Shown here: piece after piece, positions 13,481 to 25,649 of the stretch
Position numbering within the stretch: position 1 is the stretch's first letter
How the letters are laid out: every line of letters starts with the position of its first letter
Assembly (NCBI RefSeq): GCF_006345805.1
Contig: NC_042997.1
Location: forward strand, 210,924,001 to 210,988,000
Source of the DNA: Octopus sinensis
Taxonomy: Eukaryota
DNA: 64,000 bases
Direction: 5' to 3'
Program-made: the position numbers and the translations under genes
The notes under the pieces: generated by a model
The model's input: the letters and a program-made list of their open reading frames with translations, nothing else
Databases searched by the model: none
What the model was told of the DNA's origin: nothing

Positions 13481-14146
13481 CACGCCTCCTTCCTTCAAAC
13501 GGGAAGGAAGAGCTATTTTCATCATCCTTGTGGCTATGGCGAAAGATTGTATCTGGTGGACGCGTCTGAAAGGATTGGAGACAAACACTTTCCTCTCTGG
13601 TCAATCTCTCATCAACTTCTTCAAGTACCACTTGAAAAGGAAAGTGAGAGTAGAGAGGCAAGTTTTGTCTAGCGAATGTTTCAAAAAAAGATGGGTGAAC
13701 GTAGCAAGGATGGCACGTATGAATGACGAAGCTACCTTGACCATAATCCTATGTAACCGGAAAAATTTAAAACAGAGGGTTACCTACTTGCAAACAAATG
13801 TGGTAACATGTAACAATATTGACCGAGGTTACCGTGGTCTTTTCCGTAGGCTTTTCTTCCCACGGATAAACCTTACTTGCTTTCCCCTTTACACCATACA
13901 TCATGACACTGTGATACACGATCCCTAGTGATCGTTTTTTTTTCTTTTTTCCCTTTTTTCCTTTCTTTTTTTCTCTTTTTTTCTTTTTTCTTTTCTTTTG
14001 TTTCTTTTCCTTTTTTTCTTTTTTCCCTTTTACGATCCTTCTTGATCGAAAACCTACCCCACTTTTTTTTTCATCCCCACAAAGAAAAACTCTACTTTGT
14101 AATCTGTCCCATCTGTGTGCAGCCCTATGTGGCTAATAAAGAAACT
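13481..14146 (+). mobile_element. Probable 5'-truncated L1/Tx1-like LINE 3' end, embedded in (TATC)n
   Basis: The ORF tail [12 protein letters not shown]...[14 protein letters not shown]...FKKRW resembles Tx1/L1 ORF2 C-termini (from memory, unverified). It is followed by a T-rich 3' UTR and AATAAAG, then (TATC)n resumes. Confidence 0.45.
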
Positions 14147-14159
14147 TATTTATCTGTCC

Positions 14160-14231
<72 letters not shown>
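14147..14231. repeat. (TATC)n microsatellite
   Basis: Direct inspection. Confidence 0.95.
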
Positions 14232-14232
<1 letters not shown>

Positions 14233-14545
14233 AAAATGTTCCCGAATACTCAGAACATTGTGATCCCCATGGGCCAAGATTCATTTACAGTTTCGACACT
14301 CCTACCACCCAAATCTAAATTAAGGGATATTTTTATACCAGATGACGTGATAAGTCAAGCTATATATTTGGTTCGATAGAAATCGTAGCTTATCACAGAT
14401 TTATGATTCAATTTTCCACTCAAAATCAACACTCAGTGTCAATTTGAATAATTCTAAGAGTGAGATCTTCCATTAAGCCTCTCTTGTTTATCTTCAGGTT
14501 TCTGTCATTTGGAATTGGGATTTGGGGCGGGTATCTTGATTGGTT

Positions 14546-14547
<2 letters not shown>

Positions 14548-14611
<64 letters not shown>

Positions 14612-14640
14612 ACTTTCTCTCTCTCCCTTCTTCTCTCTCT
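14548..14640. repeat. (TC)n microsatellite
   Basis: Direct inspection. Confidence 0.95.
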
Positions 14641-15436
14641 TGTTGGAATTTCCTTCCCATTACTTTTAATTATGATTACATCATCTCGTGTTTCTCTGGA
14701 AGTAATTATACTTATGACTGGAATTTCCTATAAGATTAAAATCTTATTCACTTAAAGTTCTAGAAATTTCATTCTTAATTTCAAAAATGTTCTACTTACG
14801 GCCTTATCTTAATGATGCAGCTGTGTGTGTGTGTGTGTGTGTTTGTATGGGTGTATGCGTGTGTGTTTGTATACATGCTTCTCTTTATGTTAGTGTGAAT
14901 GCGTGTGTGTATGTGTGTATGTGTGTATATACATGTATGTGGTCGATATTTTCAAATGTCATCGGATTCATTCACAAGATGCATAGTTAATTATATATTC
15001 AGTCAGGTAAATGTTCCACCGATCTCAACTGGATTTTCCGCCCCAAATAAGATCAAGTGAAATAGAAGAATCGTTGGCGTTCTTCGATTGTTTTTCAACG
15101 AAATATTATCATTTCCTCGCGTTATTATATTTATTGTTATTGAGAAATTCTACTTGGACATTTTTAATCTTTAATTTCGTTAAGAGGATTAAGTAAGCAC
15201 ATCTTTGTTTCTGCTAATTGACGGTTTTATTTTCCCCCGTGGAACGGTGGCGGCTTCACAAGTCACGCACGAAAGCAAACTCGAAATCTTCCAACTGTTC
15301 CAATCAGAAGAAAATGGACAGAAAAAAAGGAATCAATGGACACCAAAAAACACAGAAAATGGCCAAAGACAGAAGAGTAAGAATCTCATCAATCACCAGC
15401 AGACTTCTTCACGCGGCTGGAAAGTTAAATAAACAA

Positions 15437-15600
15437 CCATCATCATCATCATCGTCATCGTCATCATCATTATCATTATCATCGTCATCATCATTATCAT
15501 CATCCTCGTCATCATCATCCTCACCATCATCATCATCCTCATCATCATCTGCATCATCATCACCATCATCATCCTCATCATCATCTGCATCATCATCACC

Positions 15601-15656
<56 letters not shown>

Positions 15657-15898
15657 CTGCATCATCTTCATCATCATCATCATCATCTGCATCATCATCT
15701 GCATCATCATCATCATCATCATCATCAACATCATCACCATCATCATCATCATCATCATCATCATCGTGATCCTCCTCCTCATCATCATCATCACCATCAT
15801 CATCATCAACATCATCATCATCATCGTGATCATCCTCCTCATCATCATCATCATTATCATCATCATCATCATCATCATCATCGTGATCATCCGCCTCC

Positions 15899-15929
<31 letters not shown>

Positions 15930-15941
15930 CACCATCATCAC

Positions 15942-15994
<53 letters not shown>

Positions 15995-16004
15995 CCATCA
16001 TCAC

Positions 16005-16041
<37 letters not shown>

Positions 16042-16525
16042 GTGATCATCCTCCTCCTCATCATCATCACCATCATCATCATCACCATCATCATCATCAT
16101 CGTGATCATCCTCCTCCTCATCCTCATCACCATCATCATCATCATCATCATCCTCCTCCTCATCATCATCATCTTCATCATCATCCTCACAATCATCATC
16201 ATCATCATCATCACCATCACCATCATCACCGTCATCACCATCAATCATCACATCATCACCATCATCATCATCATCATCATCACCATCATCACCGTCATCA
16301 CCATTATCATCACCATCATCATCATCACCATCATCACCATCATCGTCATCATCATCGTCATCATCGTCATCATCACCATCATTACCATCACCATCGTCAT
16401 CATCATCGTCGTCGTCACAAACACTAAAACTCACAGACATGCGCATGCTCTTCATTGTCGTCCTCACCGTCGCCATTGTTGTCTTTCTTGTTGTTTCAGA
16501 TGATGATGATGATGATGATGATGAC
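15437..16525. repeat. About 1.1 kb imperfect (CAT)n trinucleotide tract
   Basis: CAT repeats with CAC/CCT/CGT variants; produces the poly-D/M/S/I ORFs. Confidence 0.95.
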
Positions 16526-16924
16526 TGCATTGATGTTGTCTTTCTGATTATTCTTACAATTTTTGTCATTATTCTTTAGCCCCAGGTCGTCTGCAATTGA
16601 TCAAACTTTTCACTTGAAACTATTCCACCAAATCTCATAGACTTTCTTTAAGGTGACACACGATGTGCTGCCTCCACAAAATTCATGGCAGTCACAGCTA
16701 CCAGGAATTTTGTAAGGGTAACTCTGTCTATTGTACATATTCGGGGATATTTAGCTGTTATTTCTAGCTGGCGGGGCGACAACGCAGAATCTTGCTCGTT
16801 AGCTTGCAGTTCATGTTGTTATAATTGTTATGTTGCTATGGTCTTTGATATTTCTGTTTTTGTTGTTGTTGACGTTGTTTTTGCTGCTGCTGCTGCTGCT
16901 GTATGTGACCCCAGGCCAGCCTGA

Positions 16925-17330
16925 TCCTGATAAGATTACAATTGTGAGAATTAGGGAGTCAGAAACTGGGGCTGGTGAAATTACAGGGATTCTCCAACAA
17001 CCAGTTCCGACTCTTTGCAGAGGTATGGTAAGGCTCCAGATCCTACTGCCACACATATGGCCCTCCCAGCAGAAACTCTCTCCAGTCAGGATTTGACCAC
17101 AGTCTCCAACAGCTTCACATAATCATCGGAATTGAGGCTAAGGCTTTGTCCTTGTTGGATCGGTGTATGGACACAGTCACAATACCTGCTGGCCCTCCCT
17201 GCAGAAAACGGCTTCATTGTCCCCATTGCAGCTGTCCATGTCACGCCTTACAGCCTTTATTGTGTTCCCAGCGCTTTGGGCAGCAGACATGACGTCGGCA
17301 TTTTGATACCTCATATCTTCATGATATTGG
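16925..17330 (-). mobile_element. Tc1/mariner transposase relic (pseudogenised)
   Basis: Hand translation of the minus strand gives LNSDDYVKLLETVVKS*LERVSAGR / PYVWQ*DLEPYHTSAKSRNWLLENPCNFTSPSF*LPNSHNCN. This corresponds to the Tc1/mariner QQD.AP.H and WPPNSPDLNP motifs, with stops and a frameshift. Confidence 0.7.
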
Positions 17331-17567
17331 TAAATGATTTCCAATTTTCAGATGGCATCCAGTTCTCTATGTCAGTTGAATTTTTCTTTACTACAACCTT
17401 GTTTTCGGGCGGCACCAGAGCACAAATCCCCCACCCCACACTTTTTCAGGAACGGGGGACAAACCATCTTTTGTCCCCGCTACTTTTTCCCAATTAAAAA
17501 TCTAACAAGTCATACATATGTATCGTACATAATTTTTACGTTTATTTATCTGCATACATTTTATATA

Positions 17568-17729
17568 GGCGCAGGAGTGGCTGTATGGTAAGTAGCTTGT
17601 TTACCAACCATATGGTTCCGGGTTCAGTCCCACTGCGTGGCACCTTGGGCAAGTGCCTTCTGCTATAGCCTCGGGCCGACCAAAGCCTTGTGAGTGGATT
17701 TGGTAGACGGAAACTGAAAGAAGCCTGTC

Positions 17730-17789
<60 letters not shown>

Positions 17790-18000
17790 TTGTGTGTCTG
17801 TGTTTGTCCCCCTAGCATTGCTTGACAACCGATGCTGGTGTGTTTACGTCTCCGTTACTTACGGTTCGGTAAAAGAGACCGATAGAATAAGTACTGGGCT
17901 TACAAAAGAATAAGTCCCGGGTCGAGTTGCTCGATTAAAGGCGGTGCTCCAGCATGGCCGTAATCAAATGACTGAAACAAGTAAAAGAGTAAAAGAGTAA
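17568..18000 (+). mobile_element. tRNA-derived SINE family A, full length
   Basis: Same structure as 10490-10910. Confidence 0.9.
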
Positions 18001-18433
18001 ATGTATTTTTTTACTTTTCCTCTTCTGTCTGTCTCTCTCCCTCTCATGTTCTTCATCCTTTCTGGTTTTCTCTCCCACCCTTCCCTATTCTTCTCCTCTC
18101 CCTTTCACCGTTCCCTCTCTCTTACTCCTCCTCCTCCTCCTCCCTCTCGTCACTGACATATGCCCAGAGGGTAACTTTCTTTCCGACTGCTACCTTCAAC
18201 AAGTCAACACGGCTTATCCTGTCCTTCTCGTAAACCGTTTTCTCAATGCGTTCAAAATAATTTTTATATTGTCTCGACTTAACAACCATCATCGTTTGTT
18301 TTTACTGTGTTATTCTCCTTGTCCTGACTACAAGTTTAATCCTTATGCTCTCCAATGCCGTTATTCCTGAAAAGAAGGAGAGATAAAAATCGTCAAGTTT
18401 AGAGCTTATCCGCCAATATATTGTTGGTGGTGT

Positions 18434-18810
18434 TGCTGTTGAGCGAACGGTCTCCATCCCAGAGCTCGCAAGATAGGAGAAGTCCGAAACGTGGTCCTTT
18501 GCTATTCGTAAGACCCGCAAAAGAGAAAGCAGGTCAACCCCCGAGACCGAGAGCATCGCCGGATGGATGAATGTGCATCCAGGCTCAGCGGTTGCGTATG
18601 AAGTCGGGGACGAAAAACAGGAAGAAAGAGTGAGAGAAAGTTGGGGCGAAAGTGTACAACAGGGGTGGCCACACACCCCCCTGCCAGAGCCTCGTGGAGC
18701 TTTAGGTGTTTCCGCTCAATAAACACACACAACGACCGGTCTGGGAATCGAAACCGCGATCTTCCGACCGCGAGTCCGCTGCCCTAACCACCGGTCCATT
18801 GCGCCTCCAC
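18434..18810 (-). mobile_element. tRNA-derived SINE, family C head with an alternative 3' half
   Basis: The head matches family C (GTGGAGGCGCAATGG...TTCGATTCCCAGACC), but 18434-18620 differs from other C copies. 12-bp TSD TGTTGGTGGTGT at 18422-18433 and 18811-18822. Confidence 0.85.
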
Positions 18811-19045
18811 TGTTGGTGGTGTGTAAACTAGTGTTTGCTGCCAGCAAAGCTCTTGGTATTCCCAGCAGTTGTCTCGGCTGAGTGGGGCGGCGAGTGTATA
18901 GCAGTCATGTCCATCTCTACAACATGCATGCTACACAAACCCACCTCTACCACACGCAGGGTATTCACATCTACCGCTACAACATATATATATTTAGCAG
19001 TCACTGCTTCCATATTTTGCTACACTTGAATGCCTAACCGTATTC

Positions 19046-19277
19046 TATTTCTTTACTACCCACAAGGGGCTAAACACAGAGAGGACAAATAAGGACAGAC
19101 AAACGGATTAAGTCGATTATATCGACCCCAGTGCGTAACTAGTACTTACTTAATCGACCTCGAAAGGACGAAAGGCAAAGTCGACCTCGGCGGAATTTGA
19201 ACTCAGAACGGAGCGGCAGATGAAATACCGCTAAGCATTTCGCCCGGCGTGCTAACGTTTCTCCCAGCTCGCCGCCT
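19046..19277 (-). mobile_element. SINE family B, monomer
   Basis: Family homology; flanking direct repeat ACCGTATTC at 19037-19045 and 19278-19286. Confidence 0.88.
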
Positions 19278-19816
19278 ACCGTATTCGCAACACTTTCCCC
19301 TCTACTCCTGCGTGTATTCGAATAGTCTTGTCAAGGATGCTTTATTTTAGCATCAAACACGGGGCGTCTTGGTTGCAAGTCAACAGTTTTAACCATCTGA
19401 CCATAAAGTGTCCCCCATAAGACAAAACAAGGGGAAATAACTGCTGCCTGAGATGCTTCGCTTGGCCTTGTAAAGTCTTCAAACTTTTGAGGTCTGTCTC
19501 TATTCCCTTCCCGATTACTCTGCTAGTAGACATCTTATTTCCGCTGCTGTCAGAGCTTCTGCTATTGTTGCTGCTGCTGCTGCTGCTGCTGCTGCAGTTT
19601 GTGCATCTTCGTCTTGCAAGACTGCCGCCATTTTATTTCTTTCGGTTTTTGTAGAGAGTTTAGCGTTTTGTTGTTTTCTTTCATTATTCCTTGTAGCTTT
19701 TATCTGGTCATTATCATCCCCCCCCCACCCCACCCCCGAAATTGCTGTCAAAATTTGAAACAACAACAACAACAGCAACAACAATAAAAATAATAATCAT
19801 TATTATTGTCCTTATG

Positions 19817-20205
19817 AAGGCGGCGAGATGGCAGAATCGTCAGTAGCACGCTGGACGGAATGCTAAGCGGTATTTCGTCTGCCGTTACGTTTGAGTTCAA
19901 ATTCCGCCTAGGTCGACTTTGCCTTTCATCCTTTCAGGGTAGATTAAATAAGTACCAGTTACGCACTGGGGTCGATATAATTGACTTATTCCGTTTGTCT
20001 GTCATTGTTTGTCCTCTCTGTGTTTAGCCCCTTGTGGGTAATAAAGAAATAGGTATTTCGTCTGCCGCTACGTTCTGAGTTCAAATTCCACTGAAGTCGA
20101 CTTTGCCTTTCATCATGACAGGGTCGATAAATTAAGTACCAGTCAAGTACTGGGGTCGATGTAATCGACTATCTCTTCCCCCAAAATGGCTGCCCTTGTG
20201 GCGTA
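19817..20205 (+). mobile_element. SINE family B, dimeric form
   Basis: Head plus body, followed by a restart at GTATTTCGTCTG (about 20053). Confidence 0.85.
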
Positions 20206-20264
20206 ATTTAAAACCATTATTATTGTTGTTGTTATTATCATTTTCATTAGCATCTTCTTTCAAT

Positions 20265-22095
20265 TCTATTTCCATTTCTTGCCGAGTGTCTTCCTGACAC
20301 CTAGGGCAGAGAAATGTACTGTATACATCGGTAGGTCATTAAAATAAACACACCAGATTTTTCATTTAGAGTCATGGGAAAGAGAAAACGGAGAAGAAAG
20401 ACAGAAAAAGGAAAAAATAAGAAATAGAAAGTAAACAAATAAAATAAAAGGGGGGAAAAAGAAAATTCACAGCGACGATGCTCTTCTCAATACGTGTGAC
20501 CAGTTAAGACAATCTTTAGCACTTCCTGCATGGATGATAATCCAGGGTCATTCTTAAATAATTTTCAGTTCCTTTTTTGATCATTCCAAGTGCTCCTACA
20601 GTCACTGGTATTGTAACTGTCTTGAAATGTCACATCTTTTCGATTTCAATCAGCAGATCTTTATATTTTCTGAGTTTATCAAATTCTTTTGCCGAGATAT
20701 CATAAACACAAAGTACGCTCACATCAATCAATAAACAGACTTTATTGTTTTGGTCTTTCAAAACAATTTCTGGTTTATTTGCCTTGATGGTCACATCTGT
20801 ACATACTGGGAAGTCCCAAAGAATCGTTACATTTTCTCCTTCTCTAACAGCTTCAGGGTGGTGCTTGTACCATTTGTCAGCAATTTTGATTTTATAATGC
20901 TGATACATTATCCAAATTAGATATTGGTCGACACTGTCTTGATACTCTACAGGTGCTAAATCCTTACACCCAGAGATTAGGTGGTTCACTGTTTCAATCC
21001 CATCGTTGCAGTATCAACACTGGGTCTGCACCATTTTTCATTACATTGGCTTGATAGTTCTCGGTCAATAACCTCTGGCCTTTGGCAGTCATGATAAAGC
21101 CTTCACTCTCTGTCTTTAGCCCTGAGATCTATAGCCACTGATGGGTATGCTTCTGGTCTACATCAGCTTGTTTGCTACGGGCCACATATTTGCCATGCAG
21201 AGGATTTTGTTCCCACCTATCAGCCAATTGCTCAAACACATTTTGCTTTGCTATTGATTTCACCTTTGCAATTACACCTGCTGCACTTCCCTCGTGCTGT
21301 TCAACCTGGGTATTTATGCATAAATTTACTTGAAAACTTTTCGCTCTCCTTCGTAACAGAATAAATCTTCTTATTTCTTTCATGGTTTTCAACGAGCTTT
21401 AGCATCCAGTCGTTACATGTTTCAAGATTACATTATCAGTCCAGTTGTGATGGTTTTGTAGGTTTCAAATTGGATCAATCTTCGACTTCCTTGAATTCTG
21501 GGTAGGTAAAGACGATCTGCATCTGCCTTTGGTTGGTGCCTCTTTTTGCAACTCAGAAACTCAAGGATTTTCCTGTCAATCTTCCTTATTTCACTCATAT
21601 TCCAGTTGAATACATTGAAACTGTAAATAACAACCAGAACTGTTAAGGAATTTATTGCTAACACCTTGTTACATGCATTTAACTCGGATTTTAGGACTGC
21701 TTGAACTCACCTTTGCCATTCCTTCTCTTTCATTCTTGCATGCTGAATGCCAGAACCCTCATTTATTCCGAGGTATTTGTAAGTTTCTTCTTGCTTGAGT
21801 TCTTCTATGACTGTGTCAACATCCAACTCCACTGAATGTGAGGTCTTCAATTTCCCTTTCTGGAAAGTGACCCTGGCACATTTATCAAAACCAAATTGGA
21901 GGGCTCGAGTTGGGGCCGTTCACATTCAAGTGACCATCCAGTTTCGTATTCAGAGAAGAGTTTGTGTCAGTGGATGTCTTTTCGACCCCAGGCTGGCTCT
22001 CTCTCCTGGGGGACGCGCTGCCGGATTAATAACAGGATAAGTGATTTGGTGTACTGTCGTAGATTTCCTTTGTATTTCGTTATCATCATATATTT
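20265..22095 (-). mobile_element. Internally deleted R4/Dong element of the same family as 4950-8880
   Basis: The 3' UTR and the RLE/zinc-knuckle/post-RT regions match 7280-8870, and 21900-22095 matches 5035-5248. The two parts join directly at about 21897, removing about 2 kb including the RT core. Confidence 0.82.
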
Positions 22096-22099
22096 TCTT

Positions 22100-22127
22100 C
22101 TTGTTGTTGTTGTTATTATTATTGTTA

Positions 22128-22185
<58 letters not shown>

Positions 22186-22245
22186 CTGTTATTATTATTA
22201 TTATTATTATTATTAGTAGTAGTAGTAGTAGTAGTAGTAGTATAC
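22100..22245. repeat. (TTA)n/(TAG)n microsatellite
   Basis: Direct inspection. Confidence 0.95.
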
Positions 22246-22680
22246 AATTGGTCGGTTGTTGTTTCTTTGATTGTCTTTGGTTTTGTTGTTATCGCATCTG
22301 GAAGTCCTGTAGCTGCTTCTTCTTGCAGCAGATGCTGTTTCTCCTGTCCCAGCATCCGTCCTTATTCTCACAAGAATTATCTTTAATACTGCAGAAGTAA
22401 ACAACTCCGATGTCGGATTGCTCTGAACATGTCTGGGGTGAAAGTTTTTTGTTGTTATTTATTTGTTTGTTTAGCCTTCTGTTCTTGTTACCAAGATGTA
22501 ATCTCTTTGCTTTACCAAATCCTGTCACAAAATTACACAAATGGACAGAAAATTCCACCAAAACAATAAAACTTAACGACTAATTATCGCGAAAAATGAC
22601 AAAATTTCACTGTTATTACTTTATGGCTAACAAACTTACTGGTAATCCTTCGATATTGGTATACGACATCATTCACCCAT

Positions 22681-23081
22681 TTTTTTTTTTTTTTTTGGAA
22701 GCACTCCGTCTGTTACGACGACGAGCGTTCCGGTTGATCCGAATCAACGGAACAGCCTGCTCGTGAAATTAACGTGCAAGTGGCTGAGCACTCCACAGAC
22801 ACGTGTACCCTTAACGTAGTTCTCGGGGATATTCAGCGTGACACAGAGAGTGACAAGACCGGCCCTTTGAAATACAGGTACAACAGAAACAGGAAGTAAG
22901 AGTGAGAGAAAGTTGTGGTGAAAGAGTACAGCAGGGATCACCACCATCCCCTGCCGGAGCCTCGTGGAGCTTTTAGGTGTTTTCGCTCAATAAACACTCA
23001 CAACGCCCGGTCTGGGAATCGAAACCGCGATCCTATGACCGCGAGCCCGCTGTCCTAACCACTGGGCCATTGCGCCTCCAC
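22681..23081 (-). mobile_element. tRNA-derived SINE family C with poly(A) tail
   Basis: Near-identical to 42380 and 60403. Poly-T at 22681-22696; 12-bp TSD TCATTCACCCAT at 22669-22680 and 23082-23093. Confidence 0.92.
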
Positions 23082-23384
23082 TCATTCACCCATACAACGT
23101 TCGCGACAAAGAAAAAGAGGAGAGACTGAAGAAAAGGGTGAATGGCGTCGTCTCCTCACACCGACACTGTGTAGTCCAATACCGAAAGATCATCCTACAG
23201 TGTAGCTCCTTGTGCTAGCGTTTCCTACCATGGCCTCACGTAGCAAACTCTTGGTCAAGAAACTGAATTTGGGAGATTGAAACTGGACACATACGTCATT
23301 TCAGTGGTGATGGCCACCCACACAACCTTCTTTTCTCACATATTATAATCTTTCTCTTCAAATTGTCGTGATTTTACACACACA

Positions 23385-23805
23385 GGCGCAGGAGTGGCTG
23401 TGTGGTAAGTAGCTTGCTAACCAACCACATGGTTCCGGGTTCAGTCCCACTGCGTGGCACCTTGGGCAAGTGCCTTCTACTATAGCCCCGGGCCGACCAA
23501 TGCCTTGTGAGTGGATTTGGTAGACGGAAACTGAAAGAAGCCTGTCGTATATATATATATATATATATATAAGTGAGTGTGTATATGTTTGTGTGTCTGT
23601 GTTTGTCCCTCTAGCATTGCTTGACAACCGATGCTGGTGTGTTTACGTCCACGTCCATTAGCGGTTCGGCAAAAGAGAGACCGATAGAATAAGTACTGGG
23701 CTTACAAAGAATAAGTCCCGGGGTCGATTTGCTCGACTAAAGGCGGTGCTCCAGCATGGCCGCAGTCAAATGACTGAAACAAGTAAAAGAGTAAAAGAGT
23801 AAAAG
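23385..23805 (+). mobile_element. tRNA-derived SINE family A, full length
   Basis: Same structure as 10490-10910. Confidence 0.9.
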
Positions 23806-24389
23806 ACACACACACACACTCTCTCTCTCTCTCTCTCCCTCTCTCTTATTCTCTACTCTCTCACCTTCCCCTTCCCCTCTTGTACTTCTTCCCCTTTTTG
23901 CTCTCTATTTCACCCAGTCAGCACATCGCTGTCTCGACTCTCTCACACTCTCCACATTTACACAAAGACCACCAGTGACTTATACCCCTAATCTCTTAAT
24001 CTTATATTCTTTTATTCTTCCAGTGTCACATATGGGCACCATGGTCTCGTTTTGTCTTCCTTCATCTTATTCTGCCCTCATCACTACAGCTTCATTATTT
24101 ATATTTTGCATCCTTTGTGTGTTCCCTGTTCCAGTCGCTGAAAATTAACTACTTTTTTCTTTTTTGTTTTGTTTTTTTTGTCTCATTTCTACAAATTATC
24201 AATCTTCAACAACTGCATCTGATGGGTGGTGGCGCTAGAGATATTACCCTTAGGAGTCAAAATTGTGTTAATCCATAGATCAACAGATTAGAGGCAATAT
24301 ATTAGTAGTTTCATGTGCATTCAACATTTGTACCTAAACTATTACACACACACACACACACAACTACCTCACCACGTTCCATACATACA

Positions 24390-24638
24390 CATATGTACTT
24401 GTATTTGGCTGTCGTCGCTATGGGAACGAAAATGGGCCCCAATTTTGTCAATTTATTTGTTGGCTACGTTGAGGCCCAGATCTTTTCACAGTTCTCCGGA
24501 CCGACTCCAGAGCTATACAATCGCTGCTACCTCCCTCTCCCGCGAACAGCTCTCCAATTTCATCTCTTTCGTTTCTAACTTCCAGCCTTCTCTCGAATTC
24601 ACCTCTTCCTTCTCGGATACTTCCATACTTCAATAAAC

Positions 24639-24689
<51 letters not shown>

Positions 24690-25600
24690 TGATTCCCTCA
24701 CCTACATTCTCACCACTGCCGCCTTCTTCAAACCCACAGACTCCCACCTCTACCTCAACTTTTCCTCCTCCCACACCAAACTGGCCATTTCTCCGCCTCC
24801 AACGATTGTGCAGCCGGGACCAAGATTTCGAGACCTAGTCCCAATACCTGGCCCTCTTGTTCACGCATCGCGGATACCCATCCACCCTTGTCCACACTGT
24901 CCTTACCCACGCTTGTCAAATCGATTGCACTACCACCCTCTCTCCTTCCCCACACCGATCCCCCAACTGCATACCCTTTCCCCTACTTTTCCACCCCTCC
25001 ACCCTACCCCTTCGTCTGAAGATCCTGCGAGCCTTCCGTCGTCTCCAGCAAGATCCCACCACCCTCCCTATTTTCCTCAACTCACCTTTGCCTTCCTTCA
25101 AACGCGCCCGTAACCTACGCAATCTACTGGTCCATAGCTCCCTCCCCTCCTCCACTGCCATCCAACCGAGAAGCTACCCTTACTCCAGATCCCGTTGCCA
25201 CACTTGTCCTTTCATCACCAACACCACCACCCTTACTGGATCTGATCTGCACACCCTCTGCATTACGAACGCCTTCTCCTACACTTCTTCAAGCCTTATT
25301 TACTGTAACAGGTTCAATCTTTGCAATAAACTCCTGACGCTCCGTCGATTCACCGCTTCCACGAACACCTGCGAGACGTTCGTCTACGTCAGAACACTAC
25401 CCGCACCCACCCCGCAGCCCGTCATTTGCGCTTGGCCGGCCACTCCACCTCAGACCTCATCGTCTTTGGCCTTACCTTACACCATGGACTCACCAACTCT
25501 AGACTCCGCCTGAAACAGCGCTACATTTTCACTCTACGTACACAAATACCTTTCAGACGCAACACAACCTACCCCGCTACTTTCAGTGAATTTCCCCACA
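24390..25600 (+). mobile_element. Penelope-like element relic (RT C-terminus plus GIY-YIG region)
   Basis: Motifs VAMGTKMGPNFVNLFVGYVE, FQPSLEFT, KPTDSHLYLNFSSSH, RGYP, FKRARNLRNLLVHS and SRCHTCPFI..SSSLIYC. Decayed and interrupted by (TC)n at about 24640-24688. Confidence 0.75.
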
Positions 25601-25649
25601 CACCTTTAAAAAAACGTTTTATTCTATTTTATCTTGTATTTGTAAATGA

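Noticed and set aside
18180-19640. Possible decayed L1/Tx1 ORF1, or a first exon MAAVLQDEDAQTAAAAAAAA on the minus strand
   Set aside because: The resemblance is only impressionistic, with many stops and SINE interruptions, no recognisable domain and no downstream exons; I cannot support it without a search.
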